DNA of 64,000 nucleotides from Mobula hypostoma (lineage: Eukaryota): assembly GCF_963921235.1 (NCBI RefSeq), contig NC_086108.1:8246001-8310000 (forward strand). Direction: 5' to 3'. Positions 61,906 through 64,000 of the stretch are shown here, one piece after another (the stretch's first letter is position 1; each line of letters begins with the position of its first letter). Position numbers and translations under genes: made by a program. The notes below the pieces were generated by a model. It was not told the DNA's origin and searched no databases. It worked only from the letters and a program-made list of their open reading frames with translations.

Positions 61906-63624
61906 TCGAAAAGGTTGTGGTTCTCTTGGAGGTGAGGGGAAGGAGCTATTCCTAAAACAATGTGTGTAGGTCTTCAGGCTCCTTCCTGCACCTCCTTCCC
62001 TAATGACAGTGATGAGAAGAGGGCATGACGTTGCCCTGTTGATGCGTTGCCTTTTGAAGATGTCCCTGTCCATGACGGAGCAGAGTGAATCTACAACCCT
62101 CTGCAGCCAATCTTGTGTGTTGGAGGCCCCTCATCAGGCAAAATATTCAAAGTACATTTATTATCAATGTATGCAGTATACAACCCTGATTTTTATATTC
62201 TCACAGACAGCCATGAAACAAAGAAACAGCATGGCACCTGTTTAAAGAACCCCCAGAAGTGCAAAGAACAAATGATGCAAATGATCAAAAAAAACACAAT
62301 AAAACATGAAACTATAAAGCCATTGAAACAGTCAAGGAAGGTTGAGTTTCAGCTCAGTTCAATCTAGCGCTGTGTCATTGATTAACTGCAGGCCGTACAG
62401 CCAGGCTGCCTGGATCAATATCTCACAAAATAGCAATAAAAAAAAAAGAGTAATCAGAAACACATCATAACCTGACCTACAGCATCCAATCCACAAACCA
62501 CGTTGATTAAGCCTTGCCAAGACCCAAGACTCCAGCAGCATCGAGCAAGAGGGGCAGAGACTGATTGAAGATGGTCACCTTCCTCCGGGAGCAGCAAAGA
62601 AGAGAGACCAACAATGGCACAACCAGATCGCTCACCAAAGTACATCTGTAGAATTTTGCTGGAGTCTTTGGTGACATACCAGATCTCCTCAAATTCCGAA
62701 TGAAGTCTAGCCTCTGGCCTTTCTTCCTGATTGTATTTATGTGTTGGTCCCAGGATCAGATTTACCCTGTGCCCAACACGTTGATGCCACAAGTGCAGGA
62801 CACCAGCAGCTAAATGTCATTATGAGGTTGTCTTCACTTCAGCCCACCCCATCTGACCATGTTTGACCCATCTCCCTCTCTTCTCACTACCACCATTGGG
62901 TGTGAGGTGCAGGAGTCTTGAATGGCTGCACTCACCCCATCACTGAACTGACTTCGTGTCTGTGGCCTGCAGCCATCAGGTTCCTGGTCCAATTTCACCC
63001 GCCCGAGCGCTGAACTGACTCCATGCTGTAGACACGCTTTCTGGACTCTGCCGTTCATGTTCCAGGTATTGTCTATTTACTTCTTCATTCTTTGCACAAT
63101 TTGTTCTTTTTTTTTGTTTGTGACAATGTTTGTGTTGTTTGTTGTGTGGGGATTCCATTGTGCTTGCTTTCTGGCTCAGGCCCCAGAGCACAAACCAAAC
63201 TGGCGTTTGGCCAATTTAAGCGCTCAGTCAGATTAAAAGGATTAAGGCGTGAAGGCCGAGGGTGGAGGGCAAACCGTTGTTCACCTCACAGCTCCATGTC
63301 AGCCAGGGTACCCCCAACCCTGGCTGCCTTTTTTCACACATTGCATGTTTGATAGTCTGATAGTCTTTGCTGTGGGGGGGGGGCGGGCGGTTCTTGGGGA
63401 TTCTTTTGGGTGCTCTCAATATTTATTGCTTATTTATTAATATTTCTTTCTTTTTGTATTTGCACAGTTTGTTGTCTTCTGCACTCTGAACACCCTAGGT
63501 GGGTGGTCTTTCATTATGTTATGCTTATTATTCTATCGATTTGCTGAGTATTCCCACAACAAAATGAATCTCAAGGTTGTATCTGGAGACATGTGTACTT
63601 TGATAATAAGTTTATATGATGGCG

Positions 63625-64000
63625 GGAGGAGAAGATGGCGGCACGTCGGAGCGCGCGCGGCTGCTCCAAAATGATATCGTATGTATTAACTAGGAGCCAA
63701 GCACAATCCTGGTTTGATGGAGACAGACGTGAGAAGCACAGAGGAACACCTGGAGAAACTTCTGAAATGCCCGCTTTGCTGCGGCTGCTACTGTGCGATC
63801 GAGAATCTCCGGAGGGGCAGGCCCCAAATCCTCGGCTTTTCCTATTACTGGGGCCGGGGTCGAAGCGCTCGGCAGAGATGGTGCTCGGTGCCGGAGGGCT
63901 GGTCGGAGGCTCGAAGTTTTCGGACGGACTCGAGAGGTGGCTGTGGTCGGGTGCTTCCAGGGTGCTGCACCGACAAGTTTGCGGCGCTGGAAGCTCATGG
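63625..64000 (+). mobile_element. 5' part of the ~670-bp non-coding retro-element (runs off the window)
   Basis: Starts GGAGGAGAAGATGGCGG; colinear with 38179 onward. Confidence 0.8.

Overview
Repeat-saturated, apparently intronic or intergenic vertebrate DNA. The repeat spectrum suggests a cartilaginous fish (ray or shark); this is an inference. I can support no host protein-coding exon. Every recognisable ORF is a transposon remnant: CR1, Rex1/Babar, RTE, Tx1, Penelope-like GIY-YIG elements and one R2-group (Hero-like) endonuclease. The window also holds tRNA-headed SINEs, two solo LTRs with target-site duplications (TSDs), Tc1/pogo fragments and a ~1 kb polypurine tract. The most interesting signal is RNA structure. 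(1) The 3' UTR of the Hero-like element (32524-32642) holds a complete hammerhead ribozyme core (GUC site, GAAA, CUGAUGA, fully paired stems I and III). Its strands are in a non-circularly permuted order and are held by extra pseudoknotted helices. (2) Many Penelope pseudo-LTR copies carry minimal type-I hammerheads. Other notable items are an RTE copy with a twin-priming-like 5' inversion and a four-copy, ~670-bp non-coding retro-element with a YY1-like head and a 3' stem-loop plus (ATCTA)n tail. Repeat boundaries are by eye and approximate unless a TSD is given.
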